Below, piece after piece: positions 8,828 through 17,948 of a DNA stretch of 64,000 nucleotides. Position numbers and translations under genes: made by a program. The notes under the pieces were generated by a model. The model ran no database searches and was not told where the DNA came from. It saw nothing but the letters and a program-made list of their open reading frames with translations. The stretch is from a virus: IMG/VR virus record IMGVR_UViG_3300045988_067813, positions 1 to 64,000 of that record. One strand, written 5' to 3'. Within the stretch, counting starts at the first letter, position 1. Every line of letters begins with the position of its first letter.

Positions 8828-8905
8828 TGTATCTTTTTGGTGGAAGTATAAGTTTTCTTTATATTATATATACTCTTGTATATGTGATAAATAAATACAT
8901 AATCT
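8828..8905 (+). repeat. Repeat element copy A: promoter TTGGTG(8837)-17-TATATT(8860) plus TGTATATGTGATAAATAAATACATA box
   Basis: Aligns with copy B (8941-9026) and, inverted, with 1-60. Confidence 0.6.
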
Positions 8906-8940
8906 ATCTTATTCTACACAGATATTATATGATATGTAAA

Positions 8941-9026
8941 CATTTGATGGAAGTATAAGTTTTCTTTATTATATACTATATACTAGGAATTAGTATTTGT
9001 ATATGTGATAAAAGAATACATACCCT
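8941..9026 (+). repeat. Repeat element copy B: promoter TTGATG(8944)-17-TATTAT(8967) plus TGTATATGTGATAAAAGAATACATA box
   Basis: Direct repeat of copy A about 107 bp downstream. GGAAGTATAAGTTTTCTTTAT is shared. Confidence 0.6.
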
Positions 9027-9057
9027 ATATCTAAAATACCAAACCCTAGACCAAGCA

Positions 9058-9090
9058 AAATGTTCGTAGTCAAGCTACAAACATTTTTTG
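9058..9090 (+). terminator. Strong rho-independent terminator
   Basis: 12-position stem AAATGTTCGTAG/CTACAAACATTT with 11 pairs and one mismatch, a 5-nt loop, then TTTTTT. Confidence 0.7.
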
Positions 9091-9120
9091 GGGACGATAT
9101 AAATTTCTTGAAGTTGGTTA

Positions 9121-9149
9121 TTGCTTTCTGTGTGTGATTGTGCTATACT
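9121..9149 (+). promoter_or_regulatory. Promoter TTGCTT-17-TGcTATACT for the replication module
   Basis: -35 at 9121-9126, extended -10 at 9141-9149. The CTGTGTGTGAT spacer motif is shared with the promoter at 104-132. Confidence 0.55.
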
Positions 9150-9182
9150 AGATTTATCAATTAACGAATGAGAGGTTACTTT

Positions 9183-10067
9183 ATGTATTTCAAAGTACAT
9201 GTAAATATGTTCCAGCACAAGGATTTAAAAAATCTATCTGACATATTCTTGTATAGCTTTCTGTGTGGATTTGCCAAGGAAGACCAAAAAGAGGTTTATT
9301 CTCACTACACTAACCAGCAACTTGTGGATATTTTTGGCTGTTCATCACAAACCATCTCTAACTCAATTACTCGTCTTGTGAAATTAGGATTGGTTAAACG
9401 CTATGAAGATACTCGTTTCAGTGAATCTCACTGTGATTTTTTCTGTAGACGGACTATTGTAGCTGATACTACACTATACCGTAGCTATGCTGGAGAACAT
9501 TATCTTTCTGTGAATACTAATTGGTTATCGGATTGGAAATTGCCATTCAGAGCTGTTCAGTTACTAGCATTGTTTTGGTCTAGTTATTTTATGAATAACT
9601 CTAGGATTGTTGAATTTACTACTGAGCAAGTAATGGATATTATGGGAAATGTAAATTACAGAACATATATCAACAACTACAACCTTTTAGAAGAATTAGG
9701 ATTGATTAAGGTTAACTCAGAGAAGCATGAGCAGTATAAATGTATTGAGCTTTGTGTGGAATACCTTGGAGAAGAGGTAAATCCAGAAGAAGTTCTAGGC
9801 TCTGCTGTGGAAACTGAAAGCATTAAGTCTTCTGTGGGAAAGCTAAAATCTGTGATTTCATATTTCACAAAATACCTAAGACAAAAAAGCAGTAAGGTAG
9901 TTAAGAATCTGCTACACAAGTTAGACCCTTCAATCACTGTGAAGAGAACATTAGAGCCTTTGTGGCAAGCCTTTGACTATTATGATAGACTATCAATCAG
10001 GTCAAGAATCCCAGAAGATGCAGACCCTAGAGATGGTTATTTTGTACAAGGAGAAGGATATGCCTAA
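9183..10067 (+). CDS. Putative replication initiator/replisome-organizer-like protein with two winged-helix-like segments
   Basis: ATG 9183 follows SD GAGAGG. The N-terminus MYFKVHVNMFQHKDLKNL resembles the phage replisome organizer N-domain. Two HTH-like stretches are present: QQLVDIFGCSSQTISNSITRLVKLGLVKR and TEQVMDIMGNVNYRTYINNYNLLEELGLIKV. Confidence 0.45.
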   Translation: MYFKVHVNMFQHKDLKNLSDIFLYSFLCGFAKEDQKEVYSHYTNQQLVDIFGCSSQTISNSITRLVKLGLVKRYEDTRFSESHCDFFCRRTIVADTTLYRSYAGEHYLSVNTNWLSDWKLPFRAVQLLALFWSSYFMNNSRIVEFTTEQVMDIMGNVNYRTYINNYNLLEELGLIKVNSEKHEQYKCIELCVEYLGEEVNPEEVLGSAVETESIKSSVGKLKSVISYFTKYLRQKSSKVVKNLLHKLDPSITVKRTLEPLWQAFDYYDRLSIRSRIPEDADPRDGYFVQGEGYA

Positions 10068-11820
10068 GAATAAGTTTATTGAACTCTTACAACGAAACTT
10101 TGGAGAGAAAGACCTTGTGAACTTTGGGGTAAATAAAAAGTATTACTTAGAACGTAAAGCTAAGGAAGACCCAGAGTTTGAAGATAGATTCAGTCGTGAC
10201 TTTGAACAAGCAAAGCACTTTGTGAAGAATATTGGTTCACAAGTTAAAGCTCTAAGAAACAAGTATGACCTTTACTTATCGTTCACACCTACTGGTGGGC
10301 AAGAGCGTAAGAAAACCAATGCACAAGACACTTATATCATTGCACAAGATATTGATGGAGCACCTATTCCTACAGACCTACCTCCTAGCTATTTTTGGGA
10401 AACAAGCCCTAACAAATATCAAGGGGTATGGGTATTAGATAACAAGGTAAATCCACAAGAGCATGAGATTCTGTGTAGAAAACTTGTTAAAAAGTATGGT
10501 TTTGACCCTTGTGGTGTGGATATTGTACACCTATACAGAATCCCTGGTACCGTGAATCACAAGTATGCTACAGACTTTAAGGTTAGTGGTATGAAAGGTG
10601 ATGGTACTGTGTACCGTAAGCGTGAGTTTGTGAAGTTCCTAGAGGACGTAGACATTTCTACACGCAAGATGGCTGATGAAGGGGATATTGAGTATATCCA
10701 ATATGACTTAGATGCTGTGTTATCTGAGTATAATGCCTTTCCTGAGTTCACTCATCAGCTTGCTATTGATAGGTCTGAATGGGCTTGGAAATTAGAGCAG
10801 AAGATGATTTTTGGTGGAGCTAGTAAGGAAGAGGTTAAGTTTGTGCTCTTAAATGCTCCTGACAAGATGGCTAAGTTCACAGAAGAGACTGTAGACGCAG
10901 AAGTACACAGAGCCTTTGCTAAATCAGAAGAAGGTGAAGAAGAAGCTGTAGAAGCTGTTACAGAGCTTCCTAAGAAAGTAACCATTGAAGAAAATAAAGG
11001 TAAGACCTTATCTACTGTGAGACAAAAAGGGGAGAAGAAAAAGAACAAGTTTAATATCGTCAGAGTTGATGAGATTGAACCTTTTGACCCTACAGACTTT
11101 TGGCTCATTGAAGATTTCTGGGAGAATGGTTCTGTGGGAGTTATTGGAGCACCTTCTAAATCATTCAAGTCAACTTTTGCCTTAAACTTAGCTTGTGCTG
11201 TGGCTACTGGTAAGCCTTTTGATGGTAGAGAAGTTAAGCAAGGTGCTGTGTTGATTATCCAAGGTGAAAATAACTTGTCTATGGAGCAACATAAGATTTA
11301 TGCCATTACTGGTTCTGAAACACCTCCTCCTATTTACTTTGTGGAAGATGCTATCAATATGCAACAAATGCACAAGTTAGAGAATGATATTAGAGAGTTA
11401 GAAATTAAGCTCCTAATCATTGACCCTATGTACTTGCTATTTGGTAGTGGAGATATTAACCGTCACCAAGATATTGTAGAGCGTTTAGAAATTCTCACAA
11501 AACTATCTAAGAATACTGGTTGTGCTGTGATGTTGATTCACCACAGTAGAAAGTTAGAGCGTGGAGCTAAGATTCAAACTGCTGATATGTATGGTTCGGC
11601 ATTTATTGAGGGTTGGTATGAGTCTATGATTCTTCTTCAACGTAAATCCAATAACTCAAGTACCCTTACTACATATTTCCGTAACCATAAATCAGGAGAT
11701 GTGTATGACCTTGTGGTAGATGATAACATGGGCTGTAAAGCTTATGCACGCAAGGGTGAGAGTGCTTATGAAGCTCCTGAGACAGATTTTAGTGTATTGG
11801 CAGGTGAGGAAGATGAGTAA
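10060..11820 (+). CDS. Primase-polymerase / RepA(DnaB)-like helicase fusion
   Basis: ATG 10060 follows SD GGAGAAGGA. N-terminal half: IIAQDIDG, YQGVWVL, HLYRIPGTVNHK (prim-pol/RepB-primase-like). C-terminal half: P-loop GVIGAPSKSFKST, Walker B LLIIDPMY, MLIHHSRK (AAA_25/RepA-like). Confidence 0.7.
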   Translation: MPKNKFIELLQRNFGEKDLVNFGVNKKYYLERKAKEDPEFEDRFSRDFEQAKHFVKNIGSQVKALRNKYDLYLSFTPTGGQERKKTNAQDTYIIAQDIDGAPIPTDLPPSYFWETSPNKYQGVWVLDNKVNPQEHEILCRKLVKKYGFDPCGVDIVHLYRIPGTVNHKYATDFKVSGMKGDGTVYRKREFVKFLEDVDISTRKMADEGDIEYIQYDLDAVLSEYNAFPEFTHQLAIDRSEWAWKLEQKMIFGGASKEEVKFVLLNAPDKMAKFTEETVDAEVHRAFAKSEEGEEEAVEAVTELPKKVTIEENKGKTLSTVRQKGEKKKNKFNIVRVDEIEPFDPTDFWLIEDFWENGSVGVIGAPSKSFKSTFALNLACAVATGKPFDGREVKQGAVLIIQGENNLSMEQHKIYAITGSETPPPIYFVEDAINMQQMHKLENDIRELEIKLLIIDPMYLLFGSGDINRHQDIVERLEILTKLSKNTGCAVMLIHHSRKLERGAKIQTADMYGSAFIEGWYESMILLQRKSNNSSTLTTYFRNHKSGDVYDLVVDDNMGCKAYARKGESAYEAPETDFSVLAGEEDE

Positions 11821-12289
11821 AGGAACTTATCAAGAGCCTACTTGGTTACAAGGTGTGCTAAAAGATGAGAATGTTTCAAGAGAATTTAAAATCTTTATTG
11901 AAATTTTTGATGGAGTGTTACAGTCAAGAGATACTACAGTACAGAGTTACATAAACAGGAACATGAAAGATATAGTTGCTCCGCCAGCTCTGCTGAAAAA
12001 CTTAAGAAGGGGTAATTTACCGCCTTTGTATTGTTTGAGACATTTTGACTTTTTAAATGATGAAGAGGTAGATTATCTTGAATGGTTTATGGTAAACAAA
12101 GACCATATTACTAGGAAGAAGTATGTAAAACATAACGTAGACGATATTTTTGAGAAATGGGAAGGAAAACCTTGCCCAGAAAATGCTTCAAGATTCTCAA
12201 AAAAAGATGAAAATAAGGCTATCAGAAGAGTTAGACGTAAGCAACAATTACTAAAATATCTTCAAAGAGCTTATGAGTTGGGGGTATGA
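11813..12289 (+). CDS. Hypothetical protein (158 aa)
   Basis: ATG 11813 (MSKGTYQEP) overlaps the upstream stop (ATGAGTAA). Confidence 0.6.
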   Translation: MSKGTYQEPTWLQGVLKDENVSREFKIFIEIFDGVLQSRDTTVQSYINRNMKDIVAPPALLKNLRRGNLPPLYCLRHFDFLNDEEVDYLEWFMVNKDHITRKKYVKHNVDDIFEKWEGKPCPENASRFSKKDENKAIRRVRRKQQLLKYLQRAYELGV

Positions 12290-12290
12290 T

Positions 12291-12503
12291 ATGGCACTTA
12301 TATCAATAAAACCAACGAAAAGAAGTGGTAGTCTAGGGCTAGAGTATAGTGAGGTACTATTGCTAGATGAGGATAGAATGATTACAAAACTGATGCTCAC
12401 ACAGCACGGTTCTGTGATGGTCTACTGTGGAAGAGACATGGTAGGATTCTATAATGGTTATGTAGAAGATTTGTTAGTTGGATTGGGGTGGAATGAATGT
12501 TAA
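12291..12503 (+). CDS. Hypothetical small protein (70 aa)
   Basis: ATG 12291 after SD GGGGGT. Overlaps the start of the polymerase gene. Confidence 0.55.
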   Translation: MALISIKPTKRSGSLGLEYSEVLLLDEDRMITKLMLTQHGSVMVYCGRDMVGFYNGYVEDLLVGLGWNEC

Positions 12504-14392
12504 ATACAATAGATACCTCAAAACCAGTATGTTTGGATATTGAAACTAAAGGTCTTGATAGACATAGACATGCTATTACCTCAATTCAGCTAGGATTCAC
12601 ATATACTGAAACACAAGTATATACTAGGAAGTTCTTTAACTGGGATAAGCTAGGCAAGAAGAGACAGATAGCCTTAATGAAAAAACTTAAGGAATGTAAA
12701 TTAGTTACCCACAATGGTAAATTTGACTTACTATTCCTTTATGTTAAGACTGGTATATCCTTAAACCTATGGCTAGATACTCTTGTGCTTGCTCACGTTT
12801 GTGGAGAAGAAGAGCTAGGTCTTAAACCACTCACAGAGAAGTATTTTCATGTTAAGTATGATATAGCTAAAGAAGCTAAGGTAGGAGAAATCACAGATAA
12901 ATTTAAGGCTTATGGTCTTGATGATGTTCTGTACCCTATGAAGCTCTTGAAGATTTTCCAAAAGAAAATTGCACGCTATGACTTGCTTAAGGTATTTAAA
13001 CATGAAATGAGAGTCTATAAAGCCTACTATGAGGTTGAAAAAGGTGGAGTACCTATTAGTCCTAGAAGACATGAGGTGCTTGAAAAGCTTGAAACAGAGC
13101 TTAGACCCTACACAGAAAAACTCTTGACTTATGGAGATATAAACTGGAACTCTAATGCACAAGTAGCAAGTATTCTCTTTGCTCCTAAAGATGAGCCAGT
13201 CTATGATGAGCAAGGTGAGAGATTACCTAATACCTATGCTGTTGTGGATTCTAATGGTAAAACCATTGCTGAGTTCAAGGAACGTAAAGAAGCCAATGCA
13301 CACAAGAAAGAGCATAACATTGATGGTAAAGTCAAGATGGTTAAGCATTATCTTCCTGTGGTTATTGGTTATGGTCAAGGTCTTGAAGTAGTTGAACGTA
13401 CTAAAGCTGGTGCTCCTTCTGTGGGAGTAGATACACTATCTAATTATGTAGGTAATGACTGTGTGGATACTTTGCTTGAATATAAACGTATATCTAAGCT
13501 GATTACCTTTATTGAATCATGGGAAGACCTACAAGTAGACGGTAAGATTTACCCTAGCTTTAATATTACAGCAAGAACAGGTCGAACTACTTGTAATAAC
13601 CCTAATTTACAGCAGTGTCCTCAGGATAGCTATGTGCGTAACCTTATTGAAGCTAGACCAGGTTGGAAACTAGCTGAACTTGACTACTCACAGTTAGAGC
13701 TTCGTGTGGCTAGTTGGTTATCAGGTGACATAAATATGCAACACGCTTATCAATCAGGTAGTGACTTGCACAGTAAGACTACAGAGCTTCTGTTTGGTGA
13801 TACTAGTGAGTTAAGCCATGATGAGCAGAAGAGAAAGCGTACCCAAAGTAAGAGTGCGAACTTCGGATTTTTATACGGAATGGTTGCAAAAACATTTATT
13901 ACCTATGCTAAAGGATATGGACTAGACCTTACACAAGAGGATAGTGAGAAAATCCGTGCTGATTTCTTTAATGCCTATCCTAGATTGCTTGTGTGGCATG
14001 AAGAGTGTAAGGAATTTGCTAGACAGCATGGTTATATAGAGTCACCTATTGGACGTAAAAGATGGTTTGATAATATCAATAGCTATGACTTTAAAAAGCG
14101 TTCTGCTGATGAAAGACAAGCCATTAACTCACCAGTGCAAGGTTTTGGGTCTGACCTGTGTACCAGTGCTTTAGCTGAGATTGTATTCAGCAAGGAACTA
14201 GACCACACAAGATTTAATGTACTAGGCTCTGTGCATGATGCCATTCTTTTTGAGATTAAAGATGACTATGTAGAAGAACTAGTACCTAAACTACAATCAA
14301 TTATGGAGAATCCTCCTATAGTCGAAGGGTTAGATGTACCTATCCCTCTTGTGGCTGATGTAGAAGTTTCTTCATGTTGGGGAGGACACTAA
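12497..14392 (+). CDS. polA: Family A DNA polymerase with 3'-5' exonuclease domain
   Basis: Exo I CLDIETKGLD, Exo II HNGKFDLLFL, Exo III YGLDDVLYP. Pol motif A DYSQLELRV, motif B RTQSKSANFGFLYGM, motif C SVHDAILFE. Confidence 0.9.
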   Translation: MLNTIDTSKPVCLDIETKGLDRHRHAITSIQLGFTYTETQVYTRKFFNWDKLGKKRQIALMKKLKECKLVTHNGKFDLLFLYVKTGISLNLWLDTLVLAHVCGEEELGLKPLTEKYFHVKYDIAKEAKVGEITDKFKAYGLDDVLYPMKLLKIFQKKIARYDLLKVFKHEMRVYKAYYEVEKGGVPISPRRHEVLEKLETELRPYTEKLLTYGDINWNSNAQVASILFAPKDEPVYDEQGERLPNTYAVVDSNGKTIAEFKERKEANAHKKEHNIDGKVKMVKHYLPVVIGYGQGLEVVERTKAGAPSVGVDTLSNYVGNDCVDTLLEYKRISKLITFIESWEDLQVDGKIYPSFNITARTGRTTCNNPNLQQCPQDSYVRNLIEARPGWKLAELDYSQLELRVASWLSGDINMQHAYQSGSDLHSKTTELLFGDTSELSHDEQKRKRTQSKSANFGFLYGMVAKTFITYAKGYGLDLTQEDSEKIRADFFNAYPRLLVWHEECKEFARQHGYIESPIGRKRWFDNINSYDFKKRSADERQAINSPVQGFGSDLCTSALAEIVFSKELDHTRFNVLGSVHDAILFEIKDDYVEELVPKLQSIMENPPIVEGLDVPIPLVADVEVSSCWGGH

Positions 14393-14862
14393 TGCACTTA
14401 TATGACAAGTACAGTTACTCTATGGAAGACTATAAAAAGCTCAGAGAGAAGAATAGACTGTGCTTTCAAGCAGATATAGAACACTACTGTAGAAACCAAA
14501 TTGACTATGAACCTAAGTATGAGATTGGTGTAGAGGGTAGAGAATATGTGATGTGCAAGTTTATAAAGGGGCTTAGAAACATTAACAAACACTATGGAGA
14601 AAATGTTACTATTTTTGCTAGTTTTGATGAAATGTACAAGCTCAACTTTAGACTACCATCTAACATAGACTTTATGATTATGCACAACAGCGCTGTAACC
14701 TTTATGAAAACACGCTACGTCTCACACAATATAGCCTTTACTTATGCTGTGGGGGATAGAGGGAATCAGTTACAGATTCACTATCCAGCTAACACACCAG
14801 AGGTAGAGGAACTTGCTAAGTTCATTATCAGAAATGGTTTTAGAGAGTATGTACGCAGTTGA
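14392..14862 (+). CDS. Hypothetical protein (156 aa)
   Basis: ATG 14392 in a TAATG overlap with the polymerase stop. Confidence 0.6.
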   Translation: MHLYDKYSYSMEDYKKLREKNRLCFQADIEHYCRNQIDYEPKYEIGVEGREYVMCKFIKGLRNINKHYGENVTIFASFDEMYKLNFRLPSNIDFMIMHNSAVTFMKTRYVSHNIAFTYAVGDRGNQLQIHYPANTPEVEELAKFIIRNGFREYVRS

Positions 14863-15034
14863 CGAATACTTTGATGGGGAATTAGTAGAAGAGCATGTAT
14901 TTCTCACCTATGAGAAAGCCTATGCCTTCTATGACCTCATGTTCAATAAGACTAAATCTACCTACTTTGTGAGGTATGAATACCGAGGTTTAATACATGA
15001 CAGTAAACAAGAACAGCTCAGTTGGTATTACTGA
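14849..15034 (+). CDS. Hypothetical small protein (start uncertain)
   Basis: ORF in a gene-dense region with a weak SD. Overlaps both neighbours. Confidence 0.35.
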   Translation: MYAVDEYFDGELVEEHVFLTYEKAYAFYDLMFNKTKSTYFVRYEYRGLIHDSKQEQLSWYY

Positions 15035-15497
15035 GGATATTATAACTAATATCATGCACTTAGGTGCTAGTGAATACCATCTTGAAATTCTTATCCGTAA
15101 ATATGAAGACCAAATTAAGTTTTGGTACAATATTGACACACCAGACTTGCAGTCAGAAGAAGACAAGATTGCTATCTATGACACAAAGGACAAAGTGAAT
15201 CAGATTACAATGACACTACAGCAGGTCACAGAACAGCGTAGAAGGGCTATGGAGCTACTTAAATCACAAGCTAATGATAATGGCAACCCTGACCTTTGGT
15301 GCTTGTTAAAACATGTTCTCGTGGCTGTGATAACGTCCTTTGAAGCATGGCAAGTAGATATTGCTAATGATAATGTTAAGTTTGTATTCTTGGAGCAGTC
15401 TCGTGTGGCTAATCAAGTATTGGCAATGTTCTTGGGCTATGAAATAACTCCTTGTAGCGCTTGTTTAACTGACCAATTAAAAGAGGATGGAAAATAA
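14997..15497 (+). CDS. Hypothetical protein (166 aa)
   Basis: ATG 14997 follows SD GAGGT at 8-nt spacing. Confidence 0.65.
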   Translation: MTVNKNSSVGITEDIITNIMHLGASEYHLEILIRKYEDQIKFWYNIDTPDLQSEEDKIAIYDTKDKVNQITMTLQQVTEQRRRAMELLKSQANDNGNPDLWCLLKHVLVAVITSFEAWQVDIANDNVKFVFLEQSRVANQVLAMFLGYEITPCSACLTDQLKEDGK

Positions 15498-15531
15498 AAG
15501 GGAAAATTTTTAAATTTTCTCTAATTTCCTC

Positions 15532-15560
15532 TTGACAAATATCCGAATATAGGTTAAACT
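15532..15560 (+). promoter_or_regulatory. Promoter TTGACA-17-TAAACT preceded by CCTCTTGAC box
   Basis: Same architecture, and the same CCTCTTGACA, as the promoter at 18755-18783. Confidence 0.6.
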
Positions 15561-15584
15561 AGTATATGTAGAAAGGAGCAAGAC

Positions 15585-16259
15585 ATGAAAGAACAAATTT
15601 TAAAAAGTCTTGAGACCATGAGCAAAGCTCAGTTGAGTAAGGAAATTGGTATCTCACCATTCATCTTAAACAAGTTTATCTCTAGTAAAATGGAAACAAT
15701 TAGAACTGAATACTTGGATAAGGTAAAAGCCTATTACGGAGAAGAGGAGTTACCTAAACAAGAAAGAGCTACACTCTCTGTAGAAGTACCTGAATTATCC
15801 AAAGAAGAGATTAAATTTTTCAACACACTAAATGTTAGTGGGATTTATGATAAAATTAGCACACTAGGCTACATTAACTATGTATTTATGTCTAAAGTAA
15901 GACAATCACAACCTTGGTTTATCCGTTTAGCACGAGGTAAGAAGGCTGATGATGTAAAAGATATTGTTAAACGCTTAGGATTGGCTGTTCTGTGTGGACG
16001 TTACCTTGAGAAAGAGGTTGAGAAAACTTATGCAATTAAGTTACCATCAGAACACTACTTTTGTAAATATGGTAATGGAAGCACTGGTTGGTCTGTAGAG
16101 CCTAATAAATTTACAATTAAGTCAACTAATAAAGAAGAACTAGCTAAAGAGTATCCTGAATTTAAGGAGTTCATTGTTGAGCTTGGTGTGCTAATTGAGC
16201 ATTACAATGGAAAGCCAAGAGGATATACAATTAATGAGCGTACTAGGAAGAAGAATTAG
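15585..16259 (+). CDS. HTH-domain protein (putative regulator)
   Basis: N-terminal MSKAQLSKEIGISPFILNKFI helix-turn-helix-like segment. SD AAAGGAG. Confidence 0.55.
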   Translation: MKEQILKSLETMSKAQLSKEIGISPFILNKFISSKMETIRTEYLDKVKAYYGEEELPKQERATLSVEVPELSKEEIKFFNTLNVSGIYDKISTLGYINYVFMSKVRQSQPWFIRLARGKKADDVKDIVKRLGLAVLCGRYLEKEVEKTYAIKLPSEHYFCKYGNGSTGWSVEPNKFTIKSTNKEELAKEYPEFKEFIVELGVLIEHYNGKPRGYTINERTRKKN

Positions 16260-16647
16260 AGAGCTACGTCTCTCAAATAAGATGACACAAATGCAACTAT
16301 CTAAGCGATTGGGTTATAAAAATAACTCTCGTGTGGCTAGTTGGGAAAATGGTCATAATATACCGTCTGCTATGAATGTTAAGCGACTATCTGAGGTGTT
16401 TGAGGTGGATTTGATGCAATATGTTAAAGAAGGTGTGCCTACTATTGACATTGAGGTTGGACGAATTATCAGAAAAGCTAAACAGCTTGGTAAAACTCGT
16501 ATGCAGACAATAAAAGCCCTAGATAAAAAAGGACTGATAACAGAAGAAAATGAAAAGAAAGTTTTTGAAGCTGTACTGTCTGGTAAGTGGGTGTCTACTA
16601 TTGCTCCTAAGCCTAGCACTAATGCTGATGCTGAACAGAGTGAATGA
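16234..16647 (+). CDS. XRE-family HTH transcriptional regulator
   Basis: LRELRLSNKMTQMQLSKRLGYKNNSRVASWENGHNIPSAMNVKRLSEVFEV is a classic Cro/C1-type HTH. ATG 16234 follows AGAGGA. Confidence 0.75.
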   Translation: MSVLGRRIRELRLSNKMTQMQLSKRLGYKNNSRVASWENGHNIPSAMNVKRLSEVFEVDLMQYVKEGVPTIDIEVGRIIRKAKQLGKTRMQTIKALDKKGLITEENEKKVFEAVLSGKWVSTIAPKPSTNADAEQSE

Positions 16648-16780
16648 GTTAGATAAGAAACTTACCACAGTCAAGAATGATTTGAATGTAGAGAGAACAC
16701 AGCGTACTGGAGCAGATTACTCAATAGGTATGAGGTTTGATACTCTCATTCATTACTTGCAAGAAGGGAAACAACCATGA
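16622..16780 (+). CDS. Small coiled-coil protein (start uncertain)
   Basis: ORF overlapping the end of the XRE gene. ATGA overlap with the next gene at 16777. Confidence 0.3.
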   Translation: MLMLNRVNELDKKLTTVKNDLNVERTQRTGADYSIGMRFDTLIHYLQEGKQP

Positions 16781-17211
16781 AAATAACAATGAGGATACCA
16801 AGAGAAATTGGTGAGTGGATTGAATACTGTAAGTCTTGTAGCATTACACTTTATGGTGCATTAGACCCAGTAGATAAGTTTGGTATGTCTATTGCTGAAA
16901 CTTTTAAGGGTGATGCACATAAGTGTGCTAAATGGGCTAGAACAAACTCTAATGATTTTGCTTATGCTTGGGTAAATGGTTATGAAGTAGATGAGAAATA
17001 CTACTATATAGTTATACCTTGTGGTGAGGGTACATATAGAAGAGTGTTTATGAATAGCAATAGAAACTTAGTAATAAGTGGGTTTACATATCATTCTGAG
17101 GAAGAAGCTAGAAAAATAGCAAAAGATAGTAGTTTTAAACTTACAAAGAAGATGATTAAAGATTCTCCTTTATCATGGGCTTGGCAGTTTGCTAAAGAAT
17201 TGGAGTTGTAA
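16777..17211 (+). CDS. Hypothetical protein (144 aa), DUF1642-like C-terminal flavour
   Basis: ORF coupled by an ATGA overlap. The C-terminus KLTKKMIKDSPLSWAWQFAKELE resembles tails of streptococcal-phage DUF1642 proteins (recollection only). Confidence 0.55.
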   Translation: MKITMRIPREIGEWIEYCKSCSITLYGALDPVDKFGMSIAETFKGDAHKCAKWARTNSNDFAYAWVNGYEVDEKYYYIVIPCGEGTYRRVFMNSNRNLVISGFTYHSEEEARKIAKDSSFKLTKKMIKDSPLSWAWQFAKELEL

Positions 17212-17213
17212 TT

Positions 17214-17492
17214 ATGAAATATTTGAAAGTTAGTGATAAGTTAAAGACTACAGTAGATAGGCTTATAGCAGGTGGGCATAATGCTAAATATATTTACCTA
17301 GTTAGTATTAAGTTCATAACAGATAAGGAAATGGAGTTCTATATCCCATCATTTGAACTAGCAAGGTTTGAAAGTTATCTAAGTGAATCAAAAATTTTTA
17401 GGTTGGCTTATATAGATTCTGGGGATGTTATGATAAATCCTAATACTATTATTGCTGTTTTGTTAGGACAGAAGGAGTTTACTAATGGATAA
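17214..17492 (+). CDS. Hypothetical protein (92 aa)
   Basis: ORF 3 nt after the previous stop. Confidence 0.6.
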   Translation: MKYLKVSDKLKTTVDRLIAGGHNAKYIYLVSIKFITDKEMEFYIPSFELARFESYLSESKIFRLAYIDSGDVMINPNTIIAVLLGQKEFTNG

Positions 17493-17940
17493 TTTATTAG
17501 AAGCATTAGCAAAAGGTATGAATGTATCTATAGATGGTATCTCGGAATTACTTGGCTCTATTAAGGACAACACACCACAGCTCTATGAACAACTTGTTAG
17601 GGAGTGGACTTACTATACTGTGCTAAGTAAAACTTCCTTTACTCTGTTTATTATAGTTGTGATTTTAGCAGTTGCATTAGTTGGAATCTATAAAAATTGT
17701 ATTGTTGATTGGTGTGGGTTAGACTATAAAGATGTTCCAGGTGATTTATCTAGATATGATTATGCTAAAGTTCTTACACAACAGAATGTGAATCAGAATA
17801 TGAACACTTTCAAGAAGCTACTAACTGCAATTATAGTGGTACTTGTATTAGCTTTTGTGGTTCATATTAGTAAGTATCTTCTAGCACCTAATTACTCAAT
17901 TATTGTAGATGAAATTCTACCTAAGTTGTCACATAAATAG
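17485..17940 (+). CDS. Membrane protein with two TM helices
   Basis: Hydrophobic segments FTLFIIVVILAVALVGIY and LLTAIIVVLVLAFVVHI. Confidence 0.65.
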   Translation: MDNLLEALAKGMNVSIDGISELLGSIKDNTPQLYEQLVREWTYYTVLSKTSFTLFIIVVILAVALVGIYKNCIVDWCGLDYKDVPGDLSRYDYAKVLTQQNVNQNMNTFKKLLTAIIVVLVLAFVVHISKYLLAPNYSIIVDEILPKLSHK

Positions 17941-17948
17941 GAGGAACT

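Noticed and set aside
8828-9026. Possible CRISPR-like or iteron array
   Set aside because: There are only two direct copies, about 107 bp apart, plus one distant inverted copy. The repeats contain promoter hexamers with conserved 17-nt spacing, and there is no regular repeat-spacer periodicity.
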